DNA of 51,888 nucleotides from Candidatus Igneacidithiobacillus chanchocoensis (GTDB lineage Bacteria > Pseudomonadota > Gammaproteobacteria > Acidithiobacillales > Acidithiobacillaceae). The notes beneath the pieces were generated by a model. That model saw only the letters and a list, made by a program, of their open reading frames with translations, was not told where the DNA came from and did no database searches. Shown piece after piece: positions 30,490 to 38,948 of this stretch; the stretch's first letter is position 1, and every line of letters begins with the position of its first letter. Position numbers and translations under genes: made by a program. The stretch is taken from NCBI GenBank assembly GCA_038447835.1, contig JAWNZB010000001.1, forward strand, positions 1 through 51,888, written 5' to 3'.

Positions 30490-30980
30490 TCGCTCTTGGC
30501 CTGCTGCTCCTCGTTCTGCTCGCTGGCTTGCTCTTCGGCGTTCTGCTCTTGCGCGATACCCTCCATGCCGTCGTTGCCGTGGCGGCCGCCCTGGGCGTCC
30601 TCGCCATCCTCTTTTATCTGCTCGGTGCGCCGTTTTTGGCAGCCATGGAAATCCTCCTCTATCTCGGCGCCATCCTCGTGCTCTTTCTTTTTGCCCTCAT
30701 GCTCCTCGGCCCCGAGGCGCGGGCGGCAAGCGCCAAGCGGAGCTGGCGGCGCGGCTGGCCCTGGGCTGCCCTGGTACTGCTGGCCTTGGCCCTGGCGCTG
30801 GCCGCTCTGCTCTGGCAGGCGCTGGTCATCGACGAGCCGATCCAGGCCATTGCCCCGGCACGCCTGGGCCATGCCCTCTTCGGCCCCTTCCTCTGGTGGA
30901 GCGAGGCGGTGGCCGTCCTGCTCTTTGTGGTGATTGCGGCGGTGCTGGTTTTGCATGCCGGGGAGGACAAGCATGATTGA
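30486..30980 (+). CDS. nuoJ: NADH-quinone oxidoreductase subunit J
   Basis: GAPFLAAMEILLYLGAILVLFLF; operon order. Confidence 0.9.
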   Translation: MIALGLLLLVLLAGLLFGVLLLRDTLHAVVAVAAALGVLAILFYLLGAPFLAAMEILLYLGAILVLFLFALMLLGPEARAASAKRSWRRGWPWAALVLLALALALAALLWQALVIDEPIQAIAPARLGHALFGPFLWWSEAVAVLLFVVIAAVLVLHAGEDKHD

Positions 30981-31287
30981 GATCACGCTGGCCGCTGCCA
31001 CGCTACTCTTTTTTGCCGGCCTCGCCCTCATTCTATTGCGCCGCAGCCTGATCGTCTGGCTCCTCGGCGCAGAGCTACTCTTCAATGCCGCCCTGGTGGT
31101 GGCATTGGCGGGGGCGGCACGCTGGCATTCGCCAAGCGGGCAGGTCCTCGCCCTCTTCCTCATGGCCTTGAGCGGGGCTGCCTTGGCACCGAGTTTGGCC
31201 CTGCTACTGCGGGTCAAGCGCGAACTTGGCACGCTCGAGGTGGATGGCCTGCGTTTGCTGCGGGAGCGGGAGGCGCAGGATGGCTGA
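30973..31287 (+). CDS. nuoK: NADH-quinone oxidoreductase subunit K
   Basis: Three TM helices, ELLFNA, GQV; operon order. Confidence 0.88.
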   Translation: MIEITLAAATLLFFAGLALILLRRSLIVWLLGAELLFNAALVVALAGAARWHSPSGQVLALFLMALSGAALAPSLALLLRVKRELGTLEVDGLRLLREREAQDG

Positions 31288-33142
31288 ATGGCTCTTCTCG
31301 GTGCCGGGCTTTCCGCTCCTCGGCGCCCTCCTCAACGCCCTCTTCGGCGAACAGCTCGGGCCGCGCTGGTGCGGGCGCTTGGCCGCCACCATGCCCTTGT
31401 TCTCCTCCCTCCTCGTCCTCGCCTTCTGGTTCCGGGGCACCCAACCCGCCATCGTCGAGCATCTCTGGACCTGGATGGCGGTAGGGGATTTGCACATCGA
31501 CATCAGCCTACGCCTCGACGATGTCAGCCTGGTCATGGTCAGCATCGCGAGCTTCGTCGGCTTTCTCATTCATCTCTTTTCCCAGGAGTATTTGCGCGGG
31601 GATTACGGGGAGCGACGCTATTATTTCTATCTCAATCTCTTTGTGGCGGGGATGCTCGTTCTTGTGCTCGCCAACAATCTGCTCCTGCTCTATCTCGGCT
31701 GGGAGACCGTGGGGCTTTGTTCGTATGCCCTGATTTCCCATTGGTACCGGGAGCCGGGCAACGCTTGGGCGGGGCGCAAGGCCTTTGTCGTTACCCGTAT
31801 TGGCGATACCGCTCTGCTGCTGGGCATCTTTCTGCTCTTTGCCCGCTACCATACCCTCAGCATCCCACAGTTGCTGCCGCTGCTGCAGGCAAGCCCGGCG
31901 CCGATTCTCCTGCCCGCAGCGAGCCTGCTTCTCCTCATCGGTGCCTATGCCAAGTCGGCACAATTTCCCTTCCATGTGTGGCTACCCGACTCCATGGCCG
32001 GGCCGAGTACGGTTTCAGCCCTGATCCACGCCGCTACCATGGTCACTGCCGGGGTCTATCTCTGTATTCGTCTACAGGGGCTTTTCGCCGCCGTACCCGG
32101 CATGCTCGAACTCATCGCGCTCTTTGGTGCCTGGACCGCCTTCTATGCTGCCTCCTGTGCCCTTGCCCAAGTCGACGTCAAGCGCGTTCTTGCCTATTCT
32201 ACCATTAGTCAACTGGGGTATATGTTTCTTGCCGTCGGCATCGGTGCGCCCAGCCTCGGGCTTTTTCACCTGCTCGTGCATGGCTGCTTCAAGGCCCTGC
32301 TCTTTCTGGGCTCCGGCAGCATCCTGTTGATCTATGCCGATGACCACGACATCCGCCACATGGGTGGTCTCAAAAGCCGTCAGCCTTTTCTGCGCTGGAC
32401 CTTTCTTGCCGGCATCTTCTGTCTGGCGGCGGTACCGTTGGTTTCGGCAGCATTTTACAGCAAAGACGCCATCATCGACGCCAGTTTCCTGGTTGCCGGT
32501 GGCGGCCTTCCCTACGCCCTCGCCCTGGCCGGCGCACTGCTGACGGCGGCCTACGCCTTTCGCTTGTATTTCATGATCTTCGAGGGCAAGCCGGTGGAAC
32601 TCGAGCGCCCCTACCAGATGGGTTGGGGCATGAAGCTCCCCCTGGCGATTTTGGCGGCGGCGAGTATCGGCATCGGCTGGCTGCAATTCCCGCCAGGCTG
32701 GCCTGGACCACATCTCTGGGTGCCCTGGCTGGCGCCGGAACTGGGCCTGCCGCCGCGCCCGTCGGGTCTCGAGGGCCTCTTGCTGACCCTGGCTGGCGCC
32801 TCCGTCACCTTCCTCGGTATCGGTATCGGCTACTGGGCGGCGAAACGCGAGCGCGCCGGTCGGGGCTTCAGCCGCTGGCGCTTTTTGGACACGGGTTGGG
32901 GCATCGATGCCGCCTTTCTGCGTCTCTTTCCGGCACCTTTTTATGCCCTGGGCAAATTTCTGCGTCGCGGCGTCGAGGAGGTCGGGATCCATGGCTTGGC
33001 GCAGGGGGGGCTCCGCGATGTTCTCGCTCTCTCCGCCAACGGATTGGCGCGGGGGGAGAATGGTCTAGTCAGTCGCTATGCCCTCGGCATGGTTCTTGGC
33101 CTCTTCCTTCTGCTGCTCCTAATCTGGACTTGGCCGGCATGA
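31280..33142 (+). CDS. nuoL: NADH-quinone oxidoreductase subunit L
   Basis: GWE, KSAQFP, WLPDSMAGP, LIHAATMV, AYSTISQLG, SKD. Confidence 0.95.
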   Translation: MAEWLFSVPGFPLLGALLNALFGEQLGPRWCGRLAATMPLFSSLLVLAFWFRGTQPAIVEHLWTWMAVGDLHIDISLRLDDVSLVMVSIASFVGFLIHLFSQEYLRGDYGERRYYFYLNLFVAGMLVLVLANNLLLLYLGWETVGLCSYALISHWYREPGNAWAGRKAFVVTRIGDTALLLGIFLLFARYHTLSIPQLLPLLQASPAPILLPAASLLLLIGAYAKSAQFPFHVWLPDSMAGPSTVSALIHAATMVTAGVYLCIRLQGLFAAVPGMLELIALFGAWTAFYAASCALAQVDVKRVLAYSTISQLGYMFLAVGIGAPSLGLFHLLVHGCFKALLFLGSGSILLIYADDHDIRHMGGLKSRQPFLRWTFLAGIFCLAAVPLVSAAFYSKDAIIDASFLVAGGGLPYALALAGALLTAAYAFRLYFMIFEGKPVELERPYQMGWGMKLPLAILAAASIGIGWLQFPPGWPGPHLWVPWLAPELGLPPRPSGLEGLLLTLAGASVTFLGIGIGYWAAKRERAGRGFSRWRFLDTGWGIDAAFLRLFPAPFYALGKFLRRGVEEVGIHGLAQGGLRDVLALSANGLARGENGLVSRYALGMVLGLFLLLLLIWTWPA

Positions 33143-34584
33143 TCGTCTCTCTGCTCATCCTGCTGCCTTGGGCCGTTGCCCTCGGGCTCAGTCTAGCCGG
33201 GCGGGCGGCCTGGGCCTTGAGCATGGCCGCGGCCCTGGCAGAGATCCTCCTCTGTCTGCCGCTGCTCGCCGGTACTGCCTCTGACATCGTCGCTATCCAC
33301 CTGCCTCTACTGGGCGATCTCTGGGATTTGCAGAGCAGCCCGCTGGCCAACCTCTTTGCCCTGACGACGGCGCTGCTGCTTCCCCTTTCCCTCAGCCTAG
33401 AGCGGCGTCAGACCAATGATCTGCATCTGGCGCGGATTCTGGCGGTACTGCAAGGCGCCTTGATGGGCACCTTTTTTGCGAACAATTTCCTCAGCTTCTA
33501 TGGGTTTTATGAGATCGTCGCGGTAGCGGCTGCCTGGCTCATTCTGCGCAGCGGCGCCCACGACCGCCGTGCTGCCCTTACCTTTTTGCTCTATACCGTA
33601 ACGACTTCGCTCTTCCTGCTGCTGGCCGTCTTGCCGGTGTACCTGGATAGCGGTAGCCGCACCGGTTTTTATGATTTCTCGTGGTTGCATCTGGCCGGCA
33701 GCACCTTGGCCGCGCCCACGCAATGGCTGCTCTTTGTGGCCATGGTGGCGGGGCTCGGGGTAAAGCTTCCCCTTTTTCCGCTGCATGGCTGGGCGCGCGC
33801 CGCCTATGTGCAGAGCGCGCCGGCGGCGGCGCTCTTTCTTTCTGGTGCAACGGTATTGGCGGGGGTCTACGGCCTCTGCCACTGGGCGGTGCCTCTGCTG
33901 CCCGAGGGCGCCCTGCTCTTTCGACCAGATGGCGTCGTCCTCGCCAGCATCGGTACCCTGTACGGCGCCTTTCTCGCCCTCAGCACCAGCGATCTGCGGG
34001 AGACCATCGCCTACGGTAGCGTCAGCCACATGAATCTCGTCGCCCTCGGGCTCTTTGCGCTGCAGGAGCAGGCCTGGAGTGGGGCGCTCTTCTTGAGCAT
34101 CGCCCATGCCATTCTTGCCGGTGGCCTCTTTGCCCTGCTGGCGATGCTCGCCGCCCGCGGGCTGGCAAGCAACTGGGAGGAGCTCGGTGGACTTTTTCGT
34201 CCCCTACCGCGCCTGGGTGCCTGGACCCTCTTCTTTTTTCTGATGGCCTTGGGTCTGCCGGGCCTGGGCAATTTTCCTGGGGAATTTCTTACCCTGCTCG
34301 GTAGTTTTCAGGTTTCTCCCCTCTGGACCGGCATCGCCACCCTCGGCATGATCATCAATCTCGTGGTTTTTTTGCGCGCCTACGAGCGCAGCATGCTTGG
34401 TCATCTGAACCCACGTCTGCCGCTAGCGATTGCCGACCTCGATCGCCATGAATACTGGATTTTTCTACTCCTGGCCGTCGCCAGCCTGTATCTCGGGCTG
34501 CATAGTCAGAGCCTGCTTGCCGACTTTACCCAACTGTTACCGGTGCATGCCCCGCTGGTGCTAGGAGGCGCGCATGGCGCTTGA
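33139..34584 (+). CDS. nuoM: NADH-quinone oxidoreductase subunit M
   Basis: FYE, VKLPLFPLHGW, SVSHM, GLPGLGNFPGE. Confidence 0.92.
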   Translation: MIVSLLILLPWAVALGLSLAGRAAWALSMAAALAEILLCLPLLAGTASDIVAIHLPLLGDLWDLQSSPLANLFALTTALLLPLSLSLERRQTNDLHLARILAVLQGALMGTFFANNFLSFYGFYEIVAVAAAWLILRSGAHDRRAALTFLLYTVTTSLFLLLAVLPVYLDSGSRTGFYDFSWLHLAGSTLAAPTQWLLFVAMVAGLGVKLPLFPLHGWARAAYVQSAPAAALFLSGATVLAGVYGLCHWAVPLLPEGALLFRPDGVVLASIGTLYGAFLALSTSDLRETIAYGSVSHMNLVALGLFALQEQAWSGALFLSIAHAILAGGLFALLAMLAARGLASNWEELGGLFRPLPRLGAWTLFFFLMALGLPGLGNFPGEFLTLLGSFQVSPLWTGIATLGMIINLVVFLRAYERSMLGHLNPRLPLAIADLDRHEYWIFLLLAVASLYLGLHSQSLLADFTQLLPVHAPLVLGGAHGA

Positions 34585-35908
34585 CCCCACCCTGTGGGCC
34601 CCCATCGCCGTCGCCCTCACCGCCCTGTTGGCCTTTTTTCTGGACCTACACCCCGCACTCGGGCGCCTCGCTCCCTATTGGGGGGCGCTAGCCAGCCTCG
34701 CCGCCACCGCCTTGGTGCTACATGCCCGCCTGCAACTGGGGGCGGGATTCTATTGGGACAGCAGCGCCAGCATTCTCGGCAGCTATCTCGGCCTGGCCAG
34801 CGCCGCCGTTTTCTTGGTCTTAGCCCGCCACCCCTCACTGCGGCGCCTACCCGGGGCATTTACCGGCCTCTGCCTGAGTGTGCTGCTCGGCGCCTTGCTG
34901 TTGGTGGGCAGCGACGAGCTCTTGGGCATTTTCGTAGGCCTGGAATTACAGGTGCTGCCCTTCTTTGCTCTTTTTGCTTGGCCTGGCAGCGCGCGGCACA
35001 GCCTCGAAGCGGCAATGAAATATGCCCTCCTCGCCGCCCTCGCCTCGGCCTTTTTCGGCCTCGGTATCGCGTTGATTTACCTCGGTAATGGCGACCTCGC
35101 TCTGAATCCGCCCCTTGGCCCCTTGGAAGGCACCTTTGCTGCCCGTCTGGGCTTTCTTTTGCTCCTTGCCGCCCTGGGATTCGAGTTGGGGGTAGCGCCC
35201 TTTCACGCCTGGGTCGCAGACATCTATGCGGGAGCGCCAGTCCCTGCCCTGCTCTATTTGGGGGCAGTGGCAAAGGTGGCCATCATGGGGTTGTTGATCA
35301 ATCTTGCCGGGGTTTCCGGGGCTTGGTTGCTGCCTTATCTCGTCCTCGCCGCTTTCAGCATCATCGTCGGCAACCTCCTCGCTTGGCGCAGCACAACGCC
35401 ACGGCGCATGTTGGGCTATTCCGCCGTTGCCCATGCCGGCTATTTTCTCGCCGCTTTGGCGGCCGGCCCCCTGGGGCTCATCGTTGCCACTTTCTACGCT
35501 CTGGTCTACGGGCTGACGCATCTTGGCACTTTCGGTGCCCTACTGAGCCTCCCCGAAGATACGCAGGGACTGCCCTGGCGCCATCTACGCCAGCAAGCCC
35601 CGCTAGCTGCGGGCCTTCTTGTCGTGAGTCTCTTCTCCCTGGCGGGAATGCCGCCCACTCTGGGCTTTTTTGTCAAGCTCGGGGTACTGGTGGCGGATGT
35701 CGAAGCGCGGCGCTGGGGGCTCGCCATCCTCGTTCTGCTTGGTAGCGCTCTCTCCTTTGCCTACTACTTGCCGAGCCTCTGGCGCCATCCACCGGAACAA
35801 CGCAGCCTCGCCCTCTGGCAAAGTCCTGGGTTACGCCTGTATGCTGCCGCCGGTATGCTCCTGCTCGCTTTGGGGTGGCTGTTGTTGCCGTTGTTTTTTT
35901 CCGTATGA
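34574..35908 (+). CDS. nuoN: NADH-quinone oxidoreductase subunit N (divergent)
   Basis: LEAAMKY, PFHAWVADIYAGAP, RMLGYS..HAGY, SLAGMPPTLGFFVK. Confidence 0.9.
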   Translation: MALDPTLWAPIAVALTALLAFFLDLHPALGRLAPYWGALASLAATALVLHARLQLGAGFYWDSSASILGSYLGLASAAVFLVLARHPSLRRLPGAFTGLCLSVLLGALLLVGSDELLGIFVGLELQVLPFFALFAWPGSARHSLEAAMKYALLAALASAFFGLGIALIYLGNGDLALNPPLGPLEGTFAARLGFLLLLAALGFELGVAPFHAWVADIYAGAPVPALLYLGAVAKVAIMGLLINLAGVSGAWLLPYLVLAAFSIIVGNLLAWRSTTPRRMLGYSAVAHAGYFLAALAAGPLGLIVATFYALVYGLTHLGTFGALLSLPEDTQGLPWRHLRQQAPLAAGLLVVSLFSLAGMPPTLGFFVKLGVLVADVEARRWGLAILVLLGSALSFAYYLPSLWRHPPEQRSLALWQSPGLRLYAAAGMLLLALGWLLLPLFFSV

Positions 35909-37095
35909 GAATGCCCGCTGTGGACCGTTGGCCGAGGCCGCTGCTGCCCATTGGGCTGGGCGCGGCCTTGCTGATTTGGTTTGGAATTTTTTGCGGCTAC
36001 TATTTTTTTAGCCGTGGTCTGGACCCCAGCTCCAACACCCTCGCGGGCACCTTGGTAAACTGGGATGCCAAGTGGTATCTCGACATTGCCCAAAATGGTT
36101 ACAGCTATCAACCAAGTTCTCCGGCTGGGCAAAACATCATCTTTTTCCCCCTCTACCCCCTCCTGCTCGCGCTACTCGGCAAAATCCTACCGTTTCCTCT
36201 CGCCCCTCTGGGAATTTGCCTCGCCGCTGGCAGTGGTGTGTTGTCACTCGTTTTCTTCCATCGCTTTGCCGAAGACCATCTCGACAGCTCGCAAGCGATA
36301 GCGGCTACTTGGATCTACGCTCTTTACCCCGGTGCTTTTTTCTTTGCAAGCGTCTATCCAACAGGGCTGATCAATGTCTTCGCTCTCCTCGCCCTCCTTG
36401 CTTGGCATCGACAACGGTCATATCTCTCGGCATTCTGGCTGGGCCTCGGGAGCGCCTGCGGCCCTCTATCGGTCTTTTTTGCCCTCGCCCTCTGGGTGAT
36501 CCTCGCTGCCCAGGCTTGGCAAGCGCGCCATTGGCGCAGTCTCTTGCCCTCCTTGCTGCGCGGCTTCCTTGCTTGTAGCGGGCTTTTGGCCTTCATCGTC
36601 TACCAAGCAGTGGTTTTTCATACTTCCCTCGCCTTCATCGAGGGCCATGCCTCGTATTTGGGCGAGCTGAGCGCCAGCGAGAAACTCCTGAACATTCTGC
36701 AGTTATATCCCTTTTACGGCGGCGACTTCACCCCCCTGTGGCAGGCCTTGCAAGGCAAGAATACCCTTCTCAATCCGGCACGCTCGGTGTACTTTTTTTT
36801 CAATGCCTTCTGTTTGGGGGCCAACTTGCTTGCCCTGCTCACCTTCCTTTGGCGACGCGAGTGGGCCTGGGCCTGGATTTCTCTGGTCTTGATTGCTGCG
36901 TATTTGTGGTTTCAGGGGGCCTCGCAGGGCCCTGTTTCCACCTACCGTTTGCTCTACCTGAATCTGCCAGTCTTCCTGCTCGCTGGGCGCTTGCTCCCGT
37001 GGCGCCCCTTGTGGGGACGCCTCTTGCTTGGCACCAGTGTCGTAGCGCTATTTCTGCAGTCCGCCTTTTTTGTTTCCGGCCACTGGGCCTTCTAG
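35905..37095 (+). CDS. GT-C fold membrane glycosyltransferase (PIG-V/mannosyltransferase-like)
   Basis: WDAKWYLDIAQNGY and FFPLYP motifs after the first TM helix; many TM helices; ATGA overlap with nuoN. Confidence 0.75.
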   Translation: MRMPAVDRWPRPLLPIGLGAALLIWFGIFCGYYFFSRGLDPSSNTLAGTLVNWDAKWYLDIAQNGYSYQPSSPAGQNIIFFPLYPLLLALLGKILPFPLAPLGICLAAGSGVLSLVFFHRFAEDHLDSSQAIAATWIYALYPGAFFFASVYPTGLINVFALLALLAWHRQRSYLSAFWLGLGSACGPLSVFFALALWVILAAQAWQARHWRSLLPSLLRGFLACSGLLAFIVYQAVVFHTSLAFIEGHASYLGELSASEKLLNILQLYPFYGGDFTPLWQALQGKNTLLNPARSVYFFFNAFCLGANLLALLTFLWRREWAWAWISLVLIAAYLWFQGASQGPVSTYRLLYLNLPVFLLAGRLLPWRPLWGRLLLGTSVVALFLQSAFFVSGHWAF

Positions 37096-37175
37096 CCGAA
37101 GCGTCGCTAGCGCGATTAGCAAAGCTTATAGCTTAGCGTACGGTCGAACCTGGCTTGGCGGCGCAAGCGATGCAA

Positions 37176-37204
37176 TTGACAAAGCATACCCCCTCGCCTA
37201 GCCT
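37176..37204 (+). promoter_or_regulatory. sigma70 promoter of the fluoride-riboswitch operon
   Basis: TTGACA (37176-37181)-17 nt-TAGCCT (37199-37204); predicted start a few nt before the aptamer. Confidence 0.8.
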
Positions 37205-37212
37205 ATAAAAAA

Positions 37213-37262
37213 AGGCGATGAAGTCCGCCTGGAACCGCCCCCTGTGGCTAATGACTTCTACC
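37213..37262 (+). ncRNA. Fluoride riboswitch (crcB motif)
   Basis: GGCGATG...CGCC...AACCGC...GCTAATGAC..CTAC consensus; P1 AGGCG/CGCCT, P2 GCC/GGC, pseudoknot GAAGTC (37220-25)/GACTTC (37253-58); crcB lies in the downstream operon. Confidence 0.95.
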
Positions 37263-37293
37263 GATCCCGCAAAACGGGAGGTAGATTGTTTTT
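37257..37293 (+). terminator. Riboswitch expression-platform terminator
   Basis: TCTACC-ga-TCCCG-caaaa-CGGGA-GGTAGA then TTGTTTTT; left arm overlaps the aptamer 3' strand. Confidence 0.8.
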
Positions 37294-37313
37294 ATCCGAA
37301 ACAAGGGGGAGGT

Positions 37314-38255
37314 ATGCTGCAACAAATCGTGCTGCAAGTGGCCCAGGTTCTTACGGTCCTGCTCCTTGCCCCGCTCTTGCACGGTTTCATCGTCAAGATG
37401 GAAGAAAAGGTCCAGCGCGGCCAGGGGCCCTCCATCTTCCAGCCCTACCGGGATCTCTGGAAACTCTTCCACAAAACGCAACTGGTGCCGGAGACGGCAA
37501 GCTGGGTATTTTTTGCCGCACCGGTGCTGGCCTTTGTGGCGATGATGATCGTGCCCATGCTCATCCCGGTCCTGACCAACTTCCCGCTGCCGCTTTCGGA
37601 CATGGGCGATATCCTCGGTGGCGGACTAATCCTTACGCTAGGCAGTTTCTTTATTCTCCTCGCCGGGTTGGATACCGGCCAACCCTTCGGCGGCTTGGGC
37701 TCAAGCCGGGCGGTCATGCTCGGCATTCTCGCTGAGCCGACCCTGATCCTGGTCTTTGTTGGCATCACCTTTCTCGACCATTCGATGCTGCCCTTCGTCG
37801 CCAACCACCTCTTGGCGCAAAATTCTGTAGCCTACTGGAGCCCAGCGCATATCTTTCTGATTTTTGCCTTCCTCATTCTGCTCACCGTCGAGACCGACCG
37901 CCTGCCAATCCATTCCACCATCCCCTACGAAATCTACATGATCGACGAGGCGAGAATCCTGGAGTACTCGGGGCCGCTGCTCGCCTTACTCAAATGGGCG
38001 AGTTGGATGAAGCAGTTCATTCTCTACACCATTTTTCTCAATGTATTTCTGTTTCCTTGGGGACTATCGGTGCATGGCAATTTTGGCTCGGTAGTGCTCG
38101 CCTTGCTTATCATTCTGGGCAAATACGGGCTGCTTGGACTCTTCATGGTAGTGGTCGATACGATGCAATCGCGTCTGCGATTCTATCGCTATCAAGAGCC
38201 TCTGGCGCTTTCTTTTCTCTTTGCCGTACTCGCCATTGTGGCAGATCAACTGTAG
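37314..38255 (+). CDS. Ehr/hydrogenase-4 membrane subunit, HyfC/HycD (NuoH-like)
   Basis: GPSIFQPYRDLWKLFHK, GLDTG..FGGLGSSR, AEP, LEYSG; GGAGG RBS. Confidence 0.88.
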   Translation: MLQQIVLQVAQVLTVLLLAPLLHGFIVKMEEKVQRGQGPSIFQPYRDLWKLFHKTQLVPETASWVFFAAPVLAFVAMMIVPMLIPVLTNFPLPLSDMGDILGGGLILTLGSFFILLAGLDTGQPFGGLGSSRAVMLGILAEPTLILVFVGITFLDHSMLPFVANHLLAQNSVAYWSPAHIFLIFAFLILLTVETDRLPIHSTIPYEIYMIDEARILEYSGPLLALLKWASWMKQFILYTIFLNVFLFPWGLSVHGNFGSVVLALLIILGKYGLLGLFMVVVDTMQSRLRFYRYQEPLALSFLFAVLAIVADQL

Positions 38256-38264
38256 GAGCCGGCC

Positions 38265-38945
38265 ATGCTCATCTTCCATCTCGACCCCTTGGCCAGCTCC
38301 CTCTTCAGCCTGCTCGCCATTCTTGCCTTGGTGCTCTCGTTTGTAATGCTGGGCTCCCACTGGTTGAAAAATCATGTCTATGCCTTTGCCGCCGAGTCCT
38401 GGGTCATTGCCGCGATTTCCGCCTCCGTCGGCTTTTACGGGCACTACCCCGAGCTCTACCTGATTGCCGCCCTTTCCGCCCTCTTTCGCGGCACCTTGCT
38501 GCCTTACCTGGTGCTGCGCTTGGTGCGGCGCCTCAACATCAACCGGGAGTTCACCCCTCTGCTCAAGCCCTCGTCGAGCATGCTCTTGGGGGCGGTCATG
38601 GTGATCTTTTCCTATGAAGTCGCCCGGCGGTTGGGCATTGCCCTGAACTTGGTCGACAACATTGCCGTGCTTGCCCTCACCTGCATGTTCAGCCTGAAGC
38701 TGATTGGCTTTTTGCTGATGATCCTGCGCTCCGAGGCGATCAGCCATATCCTTGGCCTCTTGGTGATCGAGAATGGCATCTTCCTGGGCTCTCAAATAAT
38801 CGTACCAGGCATGCCGGCCTTGCTCGAGCTGGTGATCATTTTTGATCTGGTGACCATCGTCATGGCCTTCGGGATGCTGGTGCGCTATCTGCAAAGCCAT
38901 GCCGGCACTACCAGCAGCCGCGGGCTGCAAAAATTGGTGGGCTGA
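38265..38945 (+). CDS. Ehr/hydrogenase-4 membrane subunit, HyfE-like
   Basis: Hydrophobic, C-terminal NuoK-like GLLVIENGIFL..GMP..LE..IFD; between HyfC- and HyfF-like genes. Confidence 0.85.
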   Translation: MLIFHLDPLASSLFSLLAILALVLSFVMLGSHWLKNHVYAFAAESWVIAAISASVGFYGHYPELYLIAALSALFRGTLLPYLVLRLVRRLNINREFTPLLKPSSSMLLGAVMVIFSYEVARRLGIALNLVDNIAVLALTCMFSLKLIGFLLMILRSEAISHILGLLVIENGIFLGSQIIVPGMPALLELVIIFDLVTIVMAFGMLVRYLQSHAGTTSSRGLQKLVG

Positions 38946-38948
38946 GCC

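Noticed and set aside
37100-37140. Short inverted repeats (AAGCT-TAT-AGCTT) upstream of the riboswitch promoter
   Set aside because: Only 5-bp arms and no U-tract; not distinguishable from chance
37218-37313. N-terminal extension (MKSAWNRP...) of the HyfC-like ORF in the ORF track
   Set aside because: It runs through the riboswitch and terminator; the ATG at 37314 has a GGAGG RBS and begins the homologous region
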